DNA of 64,000 nt from Daphnia carinata (GCF_022539665.2 NC_081333.1:62001-126000); one strand, 5' to 3'; counted from the stretch's first letter, positions 12,541 to 27,300 are shown. Notes: generated by a model not told the origin, from the sequence alone. Translations and numbers: made by a program.

Positions 12541-13359
12541 CATTATTCAACATTTAAAAAAATGGCAAGGACGAATTCATTCGAGTGTTTTTTTTTCGTC
12601 TTGTGGCTTACCTTCAGTTTTGGACTGGACGGTCGACGAGCCGAATGCGTTGTTGCTGCTGCGCTGGATCACGTCAGCCGGACCTGAAATCATTCAAAGA
12701 AAAAACAAAACACACACGCCGTTATTTTTAGAAAAAAAAAAACAAAAAAAAACCGAGACGTTCAACACGAAATAAATCATAAAAAAAAAAAAAAGCTTAA
12801 CGGAAATGCAACGATTGATTAAAATAATAAAGAAGGTAAAAATAAGGAAAACGATGTTGATGGTAGAGCATTCTGACAAAAGACATCGAACAAGGTGCGC
12901 TTCGTCCGCAACGAAAACACGACTTTCTCATTCCTTCACAACTGAACGCATCGACAGGTGAACGAAGGAAGGCTATGGAAAAACAAACGCAGAAAATTGT
13001 GTGCACCATCACCGACGAAAAAAAAACAAAAAAACAAACAAAGAGGACAAGGTGATTAAACAAAAGACGACAAATCAAGTCAAACAAACGAAAACGGAAG
13101 ATGCTCAATTGTTAACTGCATGCTCCCACATCGCCTGAAATCAAAAACTTCAAACTTTGATGATCGTGAGGATGTTTGTCGGATTGAGGTCGTATAAAGA
13201 AGGGGGCAAAAAAAAAAAAAAAAAAGAGATAGAGGTGGGGAACTCAATGGTTTTCTTTTCCTTCTTTTTTTTTTGTTTTTGTTTTGGACGAGTGTCACTT
13301 CAAAAAAAAAACGTAAATAAAACAAACGAAAAACGGACACTGCGGATGGATAAAAAGGG

Positions 13360-13393
<34 letters not shown>

Positions 13394-14469
13394 CAACAGA
13401 TGCAGCGAGGGGATGCGCAATGTCGGGGAGAGACTCACGACTTGAAACGTTGCTCGCTTGTTGCGACGACGACGACGACGGCCCCATCATCAAACTCGAA
13501 TGCAACGTGATGCTCGTGCAGGTGGAGGCCTCCCACGCTCGACGTCGGTCGGCGAATCGACTCGGGCCGGCTGCGTTCGGTTCTTTCTCTAGTGTTTGGC
13601 CGCTACTTGGACGATCGTTGCGATACGAAGTCAAAGGGTTTTCGTTCAAACGGAGGCACCGATGGCCGGCCGCGTCGGGACTGAGCATTTGGTCGGCCAG
13701 AAATTGGTTGAACAACTCGTCCACGTCGCTGCCGCCAGAGTTGGTTTCCAACGAAAACTGTCGGCTCGTCAGCACCGAACGGCCCTGACTGGCCATTGTG
13801 TTCGTGGCGCTGCTGCCGTTATGGCGACTACTACTCGTGCCACTGTTCCTCATCGGCGTGACGCTCTTGGCCGCAACGGGAGTCGGGGCGGGCGCAGAGG
13901 TGGCGGCCATTGGAGGGGCCGACGCGGCCGCGCCGAAAAATTGCAAAATTTCGCGCTGCTTCTTCTCGGCGCTGTCGGGCGATAGAGACGCTTCGAATTG
14001 CTTCGTGCCCAGCGATTGGTTGCGACGCACCATGCCCGGCGACACCTCCGCGCCGGACAAGGGGCTCGTGTTGGTGCTGATGACGAGGCTTTTCGGTCTC
14101 TCCAGTTGCTGTTTAGCACCGGTGACGATGCGCGAAGACGAGACGCTCTTCATCAACAAACTGGTGGGCGAACGGTCCGACGGCGAGGGCGGCGTCGCTT
14201 TCAAATTGGCCGCCGAATAATTGAGAGCCGAACTGGCAACGCTGTTGGTGCTGCTGAGATTCGTGCTACTGCCGGCCGTCGACTGGCCAGACGACGTGAC
14301 GTTGCGGGCCACGAGGCCGACCAGAGTCGGGCCAGGCGCGTCCACGTAATGCGACAGAGGCGGGATGGTCAGGTGGTGGTCCCGTTTCAGTCCCGTCAAC
14401 GCCAACGAGTTGGGCGGGACGGCTGCTGGACCGAAAGCGGACGAACTTTTGGCGCGGGACAGTCCAAAC

Positions 14470-14523
<54 letters not shown>

Positions 14524-16600
14524 TTTTGATGGAGGCCGGCGCCGCCGAGGACGAGGGCCGGAGGGGTCGTCGTCGAACGAATTTGGTGACTCGAAAACGA
14601 CTTCTTTAAAAGACCGCTAGATGTCACTAGTCGATTGGGCTGGAAATTGGGCACGTGACGCGGCGGCGGCGTCGGCGGCGTCGGCGGATCGTCTGCAACG
14701 GAAAACTTTTGCAGAATTTTCGTCAAATTCTTGAGGCCGGACATGTTGGACGAAGTGGCCGGCGTGGGCGGTTGGACTTGAACGGAAGGCAGGACGGTGC
14801 GCTGGGCTTCGTCTTCATCCGACGAGGTGGAAGAAGAGGCTTCGTCGTCTCCTTCTTGATCCTGTTCCTCATCGTCGTCGTCGTCGTCGTCGTCCTCCTC
14901 TTTCGAATCGCTGCGCACACTCGACTGCGTCCGCACGGACGAACACGAGCGCTCGTTGCGCAATCGACGGCCACTCGAGCTCTTGGCCAGCGTGGCGGCC
15001 GGTGCGGCCGACGCAACGCCGCCGCTAGACGCCGTCCTGGTCGCGCCGTGATGGACGGGCGTGGCAACAGGAGGAGAGGCTGAAGGTTGAACCGTCACGC
15101 GGACGTGCTGGACTGTTGCAGCTGCTTTCTTCTCTTCGGCCCGTTTGGCCGCGATCAAAGGCGAAGACGGCTGACGGGCCAACAACGTCGTCCCACCGAC
15201 CGACGCGCTGCGCATCGATCCGTTGGCGTAGTTAATGTGACGGGCCGCTTCGATTTTGGGAACAATAGGAGCCGTCGCAACGGCCGCTCTCTGCCCTTGC
15301 GGCTCTTTCGGTTTGATGGGGCTTTTCGGCGTCCCTTCCACTTTGGCCGGCATTGCCTGTTGTTGTTGTTGCTGTTGTTGTTGTTGTTGTTGTTGTTGTT
15401 GCTGTTGTTGTTGTTGCTGTTGTTGTTGTTGGTTGTTGTTGGGGCTTGTCTTGTTTGGCGTCCGGCCGATGATTAGCCTTTGTGGCCATCGAGGGCGATG
15501 GCGGGGCTGGCGGTTTCACCTGGAACTGGATGTGAGCCGAGGTGACGGGCAAGCCTTGCGGCTGATTGTCGTCGGCGCTCGACCGGCGGCTGCGACTCTG
15601 CGTCGGCGTCGTCGACGTCGAATTTGGACGCGACTCGAACGACGAGCGGATGTTGGCGAACTTGTTGGTCCACATGCCACCGCTGCTGCTGCCGCCGCCG
15701 CCACCAGACGGATCCGAGTTCAGCGGACGCGCCTGGAAGCCTACGCTTGTATTGAGTTCGGCGTTCTTCTGGAACAGGCTCTGGAATTTGCGATCGTTGT
15801 CCGTCTTGATCGTCAGCCGAGTGGGAGCCTGGACGGGCCTCCACGACGACGACGACGACGACGAGCCAGAGCCGGGCGAAAAGGCCACCGTGTTGCTGCG
15901 ACGCGCCCTCTCCTTCCAACTGGGAATGGGAGCCATGGCCGTTTTGATGTACTGCTCCGCCTTTTGCAACTCCTTCTGCACGGCCGGGTTCGTCACGTCC
16001 ACACGGGCCGTTTTGCTTCCATCGGTTTCAGGTGCGACTGCACTCGGCAGCGTCGCTTCTTTCGCTTCCGTTAGTTTTATGTTGTCCGTCGGCTCGGACG
16101 GTTTTAGAGGCGACGGATCGGCTTCTTTGGCCACTTCCGGCTGAGGAGGAGGAGGAGGAGGAGGAGGAGGCGCTACGACGGGCGCAGTTTTACGGCTGGA
16201 AACGCAAGAAGGCGGAGTCAATTTGGGTGAAGAGGTGGCCCGAATGAGTAGCGGGTGGGCAGCGCTTTTGGGCGCTTCCGTCGCTGCCATCTTGTTCGCT
16301 TTGCCTTCCGCCGGATCGACTTTAGGTTTGTCCACTGGCGATTGAGGCATGGGCAGGGGAGACGAAGGTTCGGCCACGTTTCGCTCCGACATCTGGCGGC
16401 TTAGCGAGGCTTTAATGGCCGCTTTGTGGATGGCGATTTGGAGCGACTCGGCGGGAGTGAAAAGTCCAGCCGACGGATCCGTTTTCAAATCGGAGGTGCT
16501 AGACTGTGGTGGCTGGACACCACAGTCACGAACACCATGGACGCCACCTTCTTTGGCCGCTTCGTCTTTCGAGCCCAAATTCAACACGCCCACCGTCACA

Positions 16601-16631
<31 letters not shown>

Positions 16632-18351
16632 CTTGTTCGCTTTCCTCGTCTCGATCGCTTTCAATTTGAACCTCCTTTTCGTCCACTTCCACTTCCGCTT
16701 TCCTTTCCTCCACTTCTTCGGCTTTCGGCTCTTCCGTCTCGGCCGCAGCCGTTTGTTGCGTCTTGCCACTTTCTGGGCCTGGGCCAGGGCCAGCGGCTTT
16801 AAAGGCGACGGGCGCGTGCGCCGCCTTCATGGACAGGACCCAACTGTGTCCGGATTTGCTCGGCTTCAAACCGGCCGCCATGACGACGGGCGACGGAGGA
16901 GCGTCGGCAGAGAGCGGCGTCTGAGGCGCCGAAGACAAATCGCAAGCGGAGGCCCGATCGACCGACGAACTCCGGCTGCCGTTCCAGTTGAATTTCTTCA
17001 ACAAACTCGACTTGGCCTCGGGCGTGTTGAGCGGCGTGACGAGCGGCGTGACGCTGGCGGAAGAGGCGGCCGCTCCGACGCTGTCGCTGCGCTGAAACGG
17101 TTTGGGCAACCTGGGCGCGTACAACTCGCCCATCGATTTCTGCTTCAAGAGCGGATAGGCCGTTGAGGCTTGCGACGTCAATTTGAAGGGCGCCGACGTG
17201 CCTGTTTGGTGGACGCTTTCGCGCACGTCTTCCATCGATTTGCGGGTGGCGGCCGCCAGGCGGATGGATTTGCGCAGATCGACGCTGACTTGTCCGTCCA
17301 TTCCGACCGACGTCTGCGACCGTTCCGCCCTCTTTTTCGCCAATTTCACCTTCCAAGGGACGTTGGAGCCGCTGCCGCTGGAATTATTGCTGTTGCTCCC
17401 GTGCGAGCTGTTCTTACTGCGGCCGACGCTTGGCGTCGCATCGGCTGCCTTGGCTTCTTCTTCTTTTTCCAGCTGCGCTTCTTCTCTCTTTTCTTCTGCT
17501 TTCGGTGGCTGTGTCAACGTTGGTCGTTGTGGCTGTGTCAACGTTGGTCGTTGCGGCTGTTCCAGCGTCACTGGAGGCGTCTGAGGCGTTTGCGGCGTTT
17601 GCGGCGTTTGAGGTCGAGAGTGCTGGCGAGAAGGCGGCGACGACGTCGTTTGCACTTTATTCAAATTAAAGCAAGGCAATCGGACGGCCGGCGCTGGCGT
17701 TTTGGGCGTCACGATCGGCGCCGGATTCAACTCGGGCTGCACGAATCGTCCTCGAATGCCCGACTTTTCCAACACTTTGATTTTAACGGGCCCCGTCGGC
17801 GTCGTCGTCGTCGTCGTCGTGGCCGAATTGCCCGTTTGAGCGTCGGATGAGGACGAAGGCTGACGACACCAGACTGGGCGTAAACTGGACGCCTGCGTCG
17901 TCGTCGTCGTGCTGTGCGCCAAAAAATCCATGGGCGATCGCCAGTGAACTTTGGGCGGAGGTAATGGACTGGCACTCGGCGTCGGCGTCGGACTGGGACT
18001 GGTGACGGGCGTGTTCGGCTCCGAACTGGAACGCCACGACAGCCGATTCGTGTGGTGATGTTGGCGTTCGGACGTGGCTGAATCGCTAGACGCCACGCTC
18101 AACAGGAACGAGTTGGGACGAGAAACGGGCCGCTCTACTAAGGCCGGACTGGCGAACGTCTTGGCCCGGAGTTTAACGCACGTGATGCCAGACAGCGACG
18201 TGGCAGAACCGGCCGGACTGGCCACCGTTATCTTCGTCGTCGTCGTCGTCGTCTCTTTTTTGGGACCGGCAATCGCATTGGCCGTTTGATGATCCGCACG
18301 ATTCGTTTCCTGTTGCATTTCCTCGTTTCCATCGGCCGGTTTCGTAGCGGA

Positions 18352-18389
<38 letters not shown>

Positions 18390-21300
18390 TTGTTGTTGTT
18401 GCAACAACGGTACAACTGGTAGTAACCGGTGTGGCAAGAGTAGTCGGAGGAGGAGGAGGAGGAGGAGGAGGAGGAGCAAGAACGGCAAGAGGGTCCGTCG
18501 ATTGCAGGTGATGCAACGACGTCTTCAACCGGTCAATGAGGCCAATCAATTCCGTTTGCTGTTGCGGGTGAATCCTCCACTGCTTGTCCAGTCCGCCAGA
18601 GGCCATGTGCTGATGCAGCACCTCCTGGTGGTCGGTCGACGCACCTACATTCAACTCGGCCAAGTCGTCCGGTTGCAACGACGTCTTCAGTCGGTCCAAG
18701 ACGCTGTCCACTTGGCGCAGGAAGTCGCCACCGGCCGGCGATGGCGCTGCTGGTGGGGCAGACGCCTGTTCCAGCGACAATTTCGCCAAATTGGCCATGA
18801 ACGAATTCAAATCCGACTGGCTGTGATTCGATTGCGTCGTGGAATCTTCGCCCGATTCCGTTCCAGAGTCGAACAATTCGCCGCTCTCTTGCGATTGAAC
18901 GGCCGCGGCCGCATGGGCCGGTTGTTGCAATTCGTTGCTGGCGGCCAGAAGAGGATCCGGGACAAGGAGAGCAGCTTGTTGATTGGCGTTAGGAGGCGTC
19001 GTTTGCGCTTGTCGGCGCACCCAGTCCATGACGTCGCTGTGGGCCGCCGACGTGGACGAATGTGCCGTACAATGAGATTGGCAACAAGATTGGGAAGAGG
19101 AGGAGGAGGAGGAGGAGGAGGAGGAGGAAGAAGAAGAAGCAGAAGAAGAAGAAGAGTGGCCATCGTGGACTGAATAGAATTCAATTGCCAATCACCGCAA
19201 GATTTAGAAATGAAATTCAAACAAGAATTTGGTTTTTGTTTCAAAATTAAAAAAAAAACTAATGCCGTTGATGAATTCGGTTAACAAATCGATTTAAAAA
19301 AAAAAAACAAAAAAAAACAAACAAACAAAAAAACACATGAAATTGAGAAAAAAAAAAGAATGGAAGAAAAGAAAGAAAAGAGGTTGGTGTGTTCCAGGAG
19401 ATGAGAGGTCGAATTGATGTCGTGTGAAAGGAAGACAGGAAAGAGAAGAATAGATTAGTCGCACTCGACATAAAAACGGACGAAAGACGTTGTCTGTTTG
19501 GCTTTTCATTGAGCGACGTGTTTGCCCTTGTTCTTTCGAAAATCTCCAGTTGAACGGACACGTCCATCATCACAAGATATTGTTGCAAAATAGTGGAGAA
19601 GAAGAAAGAGCACAAAGAAGTGAAGAAGAAGAAGAAGAAGAAAAAAAAAAAAAAATCAAAGACACACCAAAAGAAAATTGCATATGCCGAATTGATGGAA
19701 ATTGATAAGAATGAAGATGTTCAAGTCGTTGTTTACCTTTGGCGTCGCCGCTGAGCAGAGCCTTGATGCGGGCGCGGATTTGACGTCTCGTCTCGTAGTC
19801 GTTGCAATTATCCAGCTGTCCACAGTCGGCCCCATTCATAATCACAAATCATGACATTTAATTTCTTTTTTTTTCTTTTTTCTTTTTTTTTTCTTTTTTT
19901 TTATTTTGTTTTTGATTTTGTTTTTTTGTTAAAAAAGAACAGAAATGCAAATAGAGACGATGGTCCAGTTTTTGGGCCCATTTTGCTTATCTTGTCAGTC
20001 ATTGTTTGCTTCTTGTTTTGCTTCCTGTTTGCCTGTTTGCCTGTTTGCCTGTTTGCCTGTTTGCCTGTTTGCCTGTTTGCCTGTTTGCCGGCCAGACAAC
20101 ATTGAACACACGCCACAAAAAAAAAAAGCAAGCCAATGTTTTATAAATAGCTCCTCTTCTTCTTCTTCTTCTTTTTTTAAACCATCCCACCTTTTTCTTC
20201 CCCTCTTTCTTAAACTTCAATTACAAAAGATGTGCAGCTGCAACTAGGTCGTTGCTATGCCCGTCCTTCTTCTAGCTCGCGTGTCACGTCATCGCGTTCA
20301 CAATTTGCACACACACACACACACACACGCACGTTACAAGACAATAAAGAGTCTCGTGCCTCTCTTTCAACCCCTCAAAAGATGTTTGAACAAAGTCAAA
20401 AACCAATAAGAAAAAAACTTACCATTTCGTTGAGCTTGAAATCGTCGGTGCACGTGCTGATGTCGATGCCGTCAATCACACAAGCCGCCCGGCTTCCAGC
20501 AGCTACGCCCGGAATAGAAGTTTGCGCCATTCCTGTGCCTATTCCGATTCCTCCGTTTCCGATCTAATCAAAATCAACCAAACAAAACACAAACAAAACG
20601 GGCCCAACCCAAACCGAAAACACGGGGCGCCCCGATAAACCGAATTAGAATTTCGTGTTCTTTGTTGATTTAAATGTTCACGCACAGACACAAATCACAA
20701 ATAATTTGTTTTTTTTTGAATGAATGAATGAATGAATGAATGAATGAATGAATGAATGAATGAACAAGTTGATGAGAAGACGAAAACTGGGGATTCACTC
20801 GGCGATTGGTGCGAAATGGCGCACACGCAGGTAAGGCAAACACAAAAAAAAAGGGGGGGGGGTCGCTAAAAAGTTCAACTTCGACGCCAGACATCCATCA
20901 AGAAGATGGAAAAGAAAATTTCATTAAAAAAAGAAAAGAAAAGGAAATAAGAAGAAAAAGAAGAAGAAGAAGAAGAGAAAGAGGATTTGTTTCTCTCTAC
21001 CGGACCGAGCCGAAGCCAAAGACGGACTGACGCTCTGACTCACGTCTACTCGCAAACAACACACACACACAGAAAAGCTTTTCTTCTTGCTGCTGCTGCT
21101 GGTCCCCCCCCTTGGACTTTTTTCTTCCTTTTTTCTCTCTCTCTCTCTCAATTTTTCAGAGATAGAAACACAGAGAGGCCAAAAAGAAAAAAAGGATCCC
21201 GAAATAAGCAAAAGAAAAGGAAACAAACAATTTCCAAAACTCCACCCCACCCCCACTCCCTGACAACCGTTCGCCTCTTGTTGTGGTGCGGGTACACATA

Positions 21301-24300
21301 GCCTTTTTGGCCCCGGACTCGTTCGGCTTCTGGGGGCCCCCACGCTTTAAAAATAAACCGGCCGGGAGTTTGGAAGGGGCGGGCGTTCGTGTCACACAGA
21401 AACGCGACTGCGCCCCCATTTCTTTTTAAATTTCGTTGTTGCGATGAACTTGTCTGGCGTGAACTGACGAGGTAGCCCAGCAGACGGACGGGGTAGTAAA
21501 AAAAAAAAAAAAAGCAGCTCATGTGCACGTGAAAGAAAAAGAAAGAAAAGATGGTGGTGTGGTGGCAGACTGCCCTTACAAGGGCACCACTACCGTCGTC
21601 GTCGTCAGCAGCAGCAGCCGCCGCCCTTCCTCTTCACTACCCCAGGGGCTCCTCCCTTTTCACGGGGGGACCGGCTTTTTCATGCCTGTTTGCCTTGCTC
21701 CACTTTATTTTATTTTTTTTTTCTATGCGACGTTTAAAAATAGGTACAACATAAAGAGAAGTAGACGACGTTTTGTGCGCCTCTATGACCTGACGCAATG
21801 CCTCCACACCCTCTAGACTGTCTCCTTTGGCCATGGACAATAGAAACGAGTCCTGCCACGCATTTAAAAACAAAAACAAAAACAAAAACAAATCAAAACA
21901 AACCAAATGTGGTTCGTGTGTTGACATTTTTTGTTCTCCATTCCCGTTTTAGGGATCTTGTTTTTTCCTTTTTTTTTTTTTTTTGGATTCAGCCGGGCCT
22001 GTCATCGCAAAGATGGACCGATGAAAACAAAAAACCAAATGCGATTCTATCTGCGTCTGTGTGGCTATTCAAAAATGAAGAACGAGGCCGCGCCCTACTA
22101 TCACCACACGCCAAAATCAGTCCCCCATCCATCCATCCATCCATCCACAGACCCCCCCCCCCCAAAGTGGCTTCATATTTCCATGGAACGGACGGACAAT
22201 CACGGATCCAAACACGGATGTCTTAACCTCAATTATAAATCCCATTTGTTTTTGTTTTTTATTAGTCAGGGTTCCTTCCAAAAAAAAATAAAAAAAACAA
22301 AAATAAATGAGGTAGTACGTACGTGATCGTCAGAGACGGTGGCAGTGATGCTGAATGGCTGCGGCTGGTGGACCGTGCTCGTCCTGGTCGTTTGGAATTT
22401 GGCCGTCGAGGATGAACGACGCGTCCACGATGCGCCGCTCTCTTCGTCCTGTCCCGACTCGAAAGACGATCCCGTTCGTTGCTGGGTCGACGTCCGGCTC
22501 AATCTCTATTGCAATTCGTATACAATCAACATTAGATTGGCGTTTTGTTTCATTTCGCCGCCAACTGAGACTGGCCAAAAGACGAGAAAAAAACACGAGT
22601 AGAGAGAAAAAGAAGGAAGAGCAGTACAGTAAACAACAATAGCAACAGCAGCAGGGCGTGAGTCACGCACCGCCTCAAAGGGGACACCACACGTCTGTGT
22701 GCTAATCTGAACGAGGCCATCCATCACGGTCGTCTTCGCATTTCGGCTGCCATAGCCAACAAAAACCCAATGCAATTTCCTACGTCAAAAGTGAGAAGCT
22801 CGGATTTTTTTTTCAACACCTTTCATCGACGTCCCTCTTCTCATTTTTTTTTATTGATTTCACCGTTTTTTGTTTGTTTTTTTTGAGTTGATTGTATCAA
22901 CCAAATCGGGCCAGCTAACAAAACGCACCTTGTTTTCTTTGTTCCCCCTTTGCTGTCATAAAACAGGGACTTTCTGGAGAAAAAAAAACAAAACAAAAAC
23001 AAAACGAGATGACGGTAATCGAATCGATCTCTGAAACGAGTCGAAATGAGCAGAACGTGATATTTAAAAAAAAAAAAAAAATAAAAAAAAAAAGATTGCA
23101 CCTTGTACGGGAAAGAAACACGAGCCGGCCTTATTAAGAGACGTTCGTGTCACTTGACCCACTTTTGGCTGTTGCAAAACATGTTGCGCGCACACACGTT
23201 AGATGACAACACGAATCGTATCGCCATCAAATTCAACTATTTTTGCGCGCACAAAATCAGATGCTACGCTTACATGTCGCCGGCTCTTGTCAAGCGAAAT
23301 GTAACAGAAAAACAAAAAACAAAAAAAAAACTGCCACCATTGTGGATCAAGGCCAAAATAAAACAAAAAAAAAAAAAAAAACTAAACAAGTTTCGTTCGT
23401 AACTGATAAACATTTTCGTTCTTTTCAGGCGAAAAAAAAATGATGAGTCACCCCCAAACACCGTCAAATGAAACAAAAAATGGCACGTTAACCTTGCCCC
23501 GGCTGGCAACGTGACATGAAAAACTCCAAATTGCCACACTCATTTCGAGTTTTTCTTTTCGCAGACTGACCCGACTGAAAACCATTCTTCTTCTTGTTCT
23601 CAAGAATTAAAAAAAAAAAAAAAACAAAACAAAAAAAAAAAAAAAAAACAGGTGAAATGGACGTGAGCCAAAAGAATGTGCGAGTGCACAGACTGAACGC
23701 GAAAAGATTGAGGACACGACACCGTTGGGAAAAAAACAAAAAAAAAAAGGAGACAAACAGCTCGTCAAAAAAAAACAAAAACAAAAACAAAAACAAAAAA
23801 CATCAGAAAATAAATCAAATAAAAGAAAAGAAAATTACCGTTCCGTCGGCGCTGCGTTGTTCGGTGCACGTGCTAAACGACTGGACGGATGGTTGGGACG
23901 ACTCGCCTCCAGCCACGCCGGCCGACGTGGCCGCCTGTTCCGTGCACTGCACCAAAATCTGCGCTCCAATTAACTTGTTGAGCAGAGACAGCGAACGCTC
24001 GTCCTCGCTGGCGCTCGATCCTAAATGATTGCACAACACGTACCACGTCAACACAAACACAAAGATGAACATCAGCGCACACAACGTCATCCTGACTCGA
24101 ACGACAACAGCCCATTCTCTATCAACCCCCTTCTCCAACAAACAATCGATTCTTAACATTAATAAATAAGCCCTGAAAACGTCTATTTTTAGACACTTGA
24201 ATAAAATACCGGCGTCGGTTGCGCGCATGCGTCCAATGATGTCCTGCATGCCTCGGACGGGCGTGCGATCCTGCAGGAACGACTTGGACGTCGTGGTGGA

Positions 24301-27300
24301 GGTGGCGGTCAACGTGGCCGACGAAGCAAACGAGTCGGCAGCAGGCGCCACCGTCGTCAATGGCTCGTCGTGACCGCCATTGACAACCGACGGATTGTAA
24401 GACGTGCGTCGTTCGCTGCTGCTCGACATCAACGTGTTGGACTCTCTCCTCGACAAAGACACGCCGCTCAATGGCTCATCTACACTGCGCTCTTGGCTCT
24501 GTCGCTCCATCGACACTCGGCTCCTATTCATTTCAAATTGAAATTCATTTTTTTTTTCAATCAAACATTTCAAATTAAAGTTAAATACAAATACCGGGCA
24601 GGTGAGATGCGAAGGGATTCGGAACGGACCAGGCCGATCGATCCAGCGCCATCCCCATTGTTCTGAGAGCGGAAACTGTTGGAACGGTAAATGAGTCCGG
24701 CTTTCGGGTAGGCCGATGCTTTGCTCACTTGCGGCTGACTCTTTTCTTCGCCCGTTATCAGGAACTTTTGGGCCAAGGCGCGGACCGAGGCGCCCGTCGC
24801 CGGAAGCGTCTTGACGCGGGGCTCGGCCGAGGGTTTGGCTCCGGCACCGGATCCGTACGGCGCATTGTTCTCCGGTTGGCTGGGACGGTAGCGATGATTG
24901 ATGCTGCCGTGGCGCTGGAAATTGGACGTCGTCGTCGTCGTCGTCGTCTCCGCGCCGCCGCTGACGGACGACGAAGAGACGCGGTTGGAACGTACGGCAA
25001 GTGGCGACGCCGTGGCAAAAGTCGACACTGAAGGCAGCGGAGCTTCTTGCATGGAAAGTTTGGCCGTGCTGACTCGCGTCGGGACAGGCTGGTGCGGCTG
25101 TGCCGACGGAATCTCGGCCGCTGGAACAAACGTGGCCGTCGACGTCATGACGGGAGCAGCAGCTGGGAAAGCGGTGACGTCAGCCTCTCGTGGAACGGAA
25201 GGCTCCCTGGGAATGGATTTCCTGCGCCAAGGCGTCGGATCATCTCCAGTTGGAACGGCTGCTGGAACGGGAGCCGGAAGCGAAGCTGCTGCGATGATGG
25301 GAGCCGTCACAACCGAACTATTTCGACCGGAAGTAGATAATTGGAATGTCGACGTGGAACGGACGGAATGTCCCGTCGTCTCACCCGACAAAACAAACGG
25401 GGCGGCCGCCACGGTGGGCACCACCCGGCCGTGCGAGCTGGGCGCGTTGGACGCCGTGGACAACGTCACGCTCGACGTGTGCATCGTCGGCGAAGGCTCC
25501 ACTTCGATCGAGAATTTACGAGGCTGCTGGAACAGTTGTTGTTGTTGTGTCGATCCTCGACGGGTGTCCATCTTGACATCCTGGACGCTGTTGTACTGGA
25601 TCGTGCTGTAACTGGGCGTGGCGCCGCTCGTACGGCGGTCCATCAGACCCGGGGCCGGGATTTCCGCGACGACAATCGACGAACTGGCCACCGGATTCAA
25701 TTGGATTTCGATGCTCGACTCGATGCTGGCCTTGCGCGTTCCAGCAACACAGTCCGACACTTCGACCGACGTCTTCCGCGACATGGACGTATGATCGTCT
25801 TTGACGGGAGATGGCACCTCTTGCGGCGAAGGGGAAGACCAATCTTTGGGCTTCTTCAAAATGCCCGGCCGCTTCATGGGAGGCGACGCCTGCGGCCCAC
25901 TGGGCGTCTGCGACGTCGACAATTCTTGGTGACGCTTAATGATCGTCTGGAACGACTCGGAGCGCTCAATCATTTGCTCAATCGAAGACGACGATTGGTC
26001 CGGCTCGTCGGGAGAATCAACGGGAGCCACGAACGAATCCTTCAGTTTGGCTTTGGGCCGAGTGGGCGAAGGCGGAGGGGCTTCCACCGTCGTGGCCTCG
26101 GCGCTCGACACCTGCTGTTCGTGAATGCGGATAATCTCCCTGAGGGCTTGACTGCGCTCGCTGATGATGGGCTCGGCGCGATCGCCATCCGCTTCCGTGT
26201 CCATCGAATTGGTAAAAGTGTCGCGCAATTTGGCGCGCGGCTTCTCCACCGGCTCTAATTCGCCTATTTTTTAATTCATTTTTTAATTCATTTTCAAATT
26301 GATTAATGATTTTAATTACCTTTCGATTGGACGGTTTGCGATTCGTGCAGCTTCTGCAATTCCGTCAGCGTTTGCGATCGTTCGATGATGATCGGCTGCG
26401 GACTCTGCTGGCCTCCTGCTTAGATTTCATCCCAAAACATGTTTCAAGTTAGAAGACATTTAAAAAATTCATGGAACAATTCAAAAAAAAAATAAGTACC
26501 TTCATCAGCGCCGGTAATGTTCAAGGGTTTAGTTGGACGGCGACGTAGGGCGCCCAGACCGAATAGAGGGCGTCCATTTTCATCCATGGGACCCGTTCCA
26601 TAACTGGAGGTGATGTCCAGCGTTTCCGGATTGGATTCCGGTTCGGGCAAATGAGTCGGCGTTTTAATCATGTTGGCCTCGGACGATTGACGACGCCAAG
26701 GGGCTCGGCTCAACCTCGGGCTGCTCGTCTCCGACGATCCTTCTTGATCAGACGATATCGGGGTGGTGCCACTATCGCCGTTGACCTGTCCAGCCACCAG
26801 CACCGTCGGCTGCTCTTCGGCAACGCGAGGGACGAATTCCTTCGTCTCAGAGCGGCAGTCGTACGGTTGGCTGATTTTGCGCACTTTCGTCTGCTGAGTC
26901 ATCGACGACTTGCGGCTGCTCGATTCGCTCGTCTCCGACGTCGTCATCATCATCATCGATGTCGTCGAGACTGAACTCATTTCCACGTCTTGCACCACCA
27001 CTTCATCTCGATGGAGCGTTACTGGAAGTTCGGCTTCTTTCTCGGCTGCTGGCACTTGATTCTCCACTTCGTTTTGGGGATGCTCAACAGATGGCGCTGG
27101 CGTCACTGATTCCGACGGTTTCCTCTTAAACTCTGGCAATTTATTGCGGTTGGCCGGCGGCTCAGAGAACGACGTCTTAGGGGCCGGCGCAGAAGCGGCA
27201 GGCGCTAGCGCTTTGCGCGTCGGCATGGGCGACGAGACGGCCAAGCCCAGCTTCTTCTTGACGATGCGAATGTGAGCGCGGATGCGACTCCTGTCGTCGT

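Noticed and set aside
13366..19250. Many long plus-strand ORFs of 100-295 aa with polyC, polyR or polyL runs
   Set aside because: Antisense shadows of a GC-rich, low-complexity coding exon, with no domain motifs or splice support.
19999..20131. ORFs with repeating KQANRQTG or LPVCLFAC peptides
   Set aside because: Translation of an intronic 8-mer tandem repeat. There are no spacers, so it is not CRISPR-like either.
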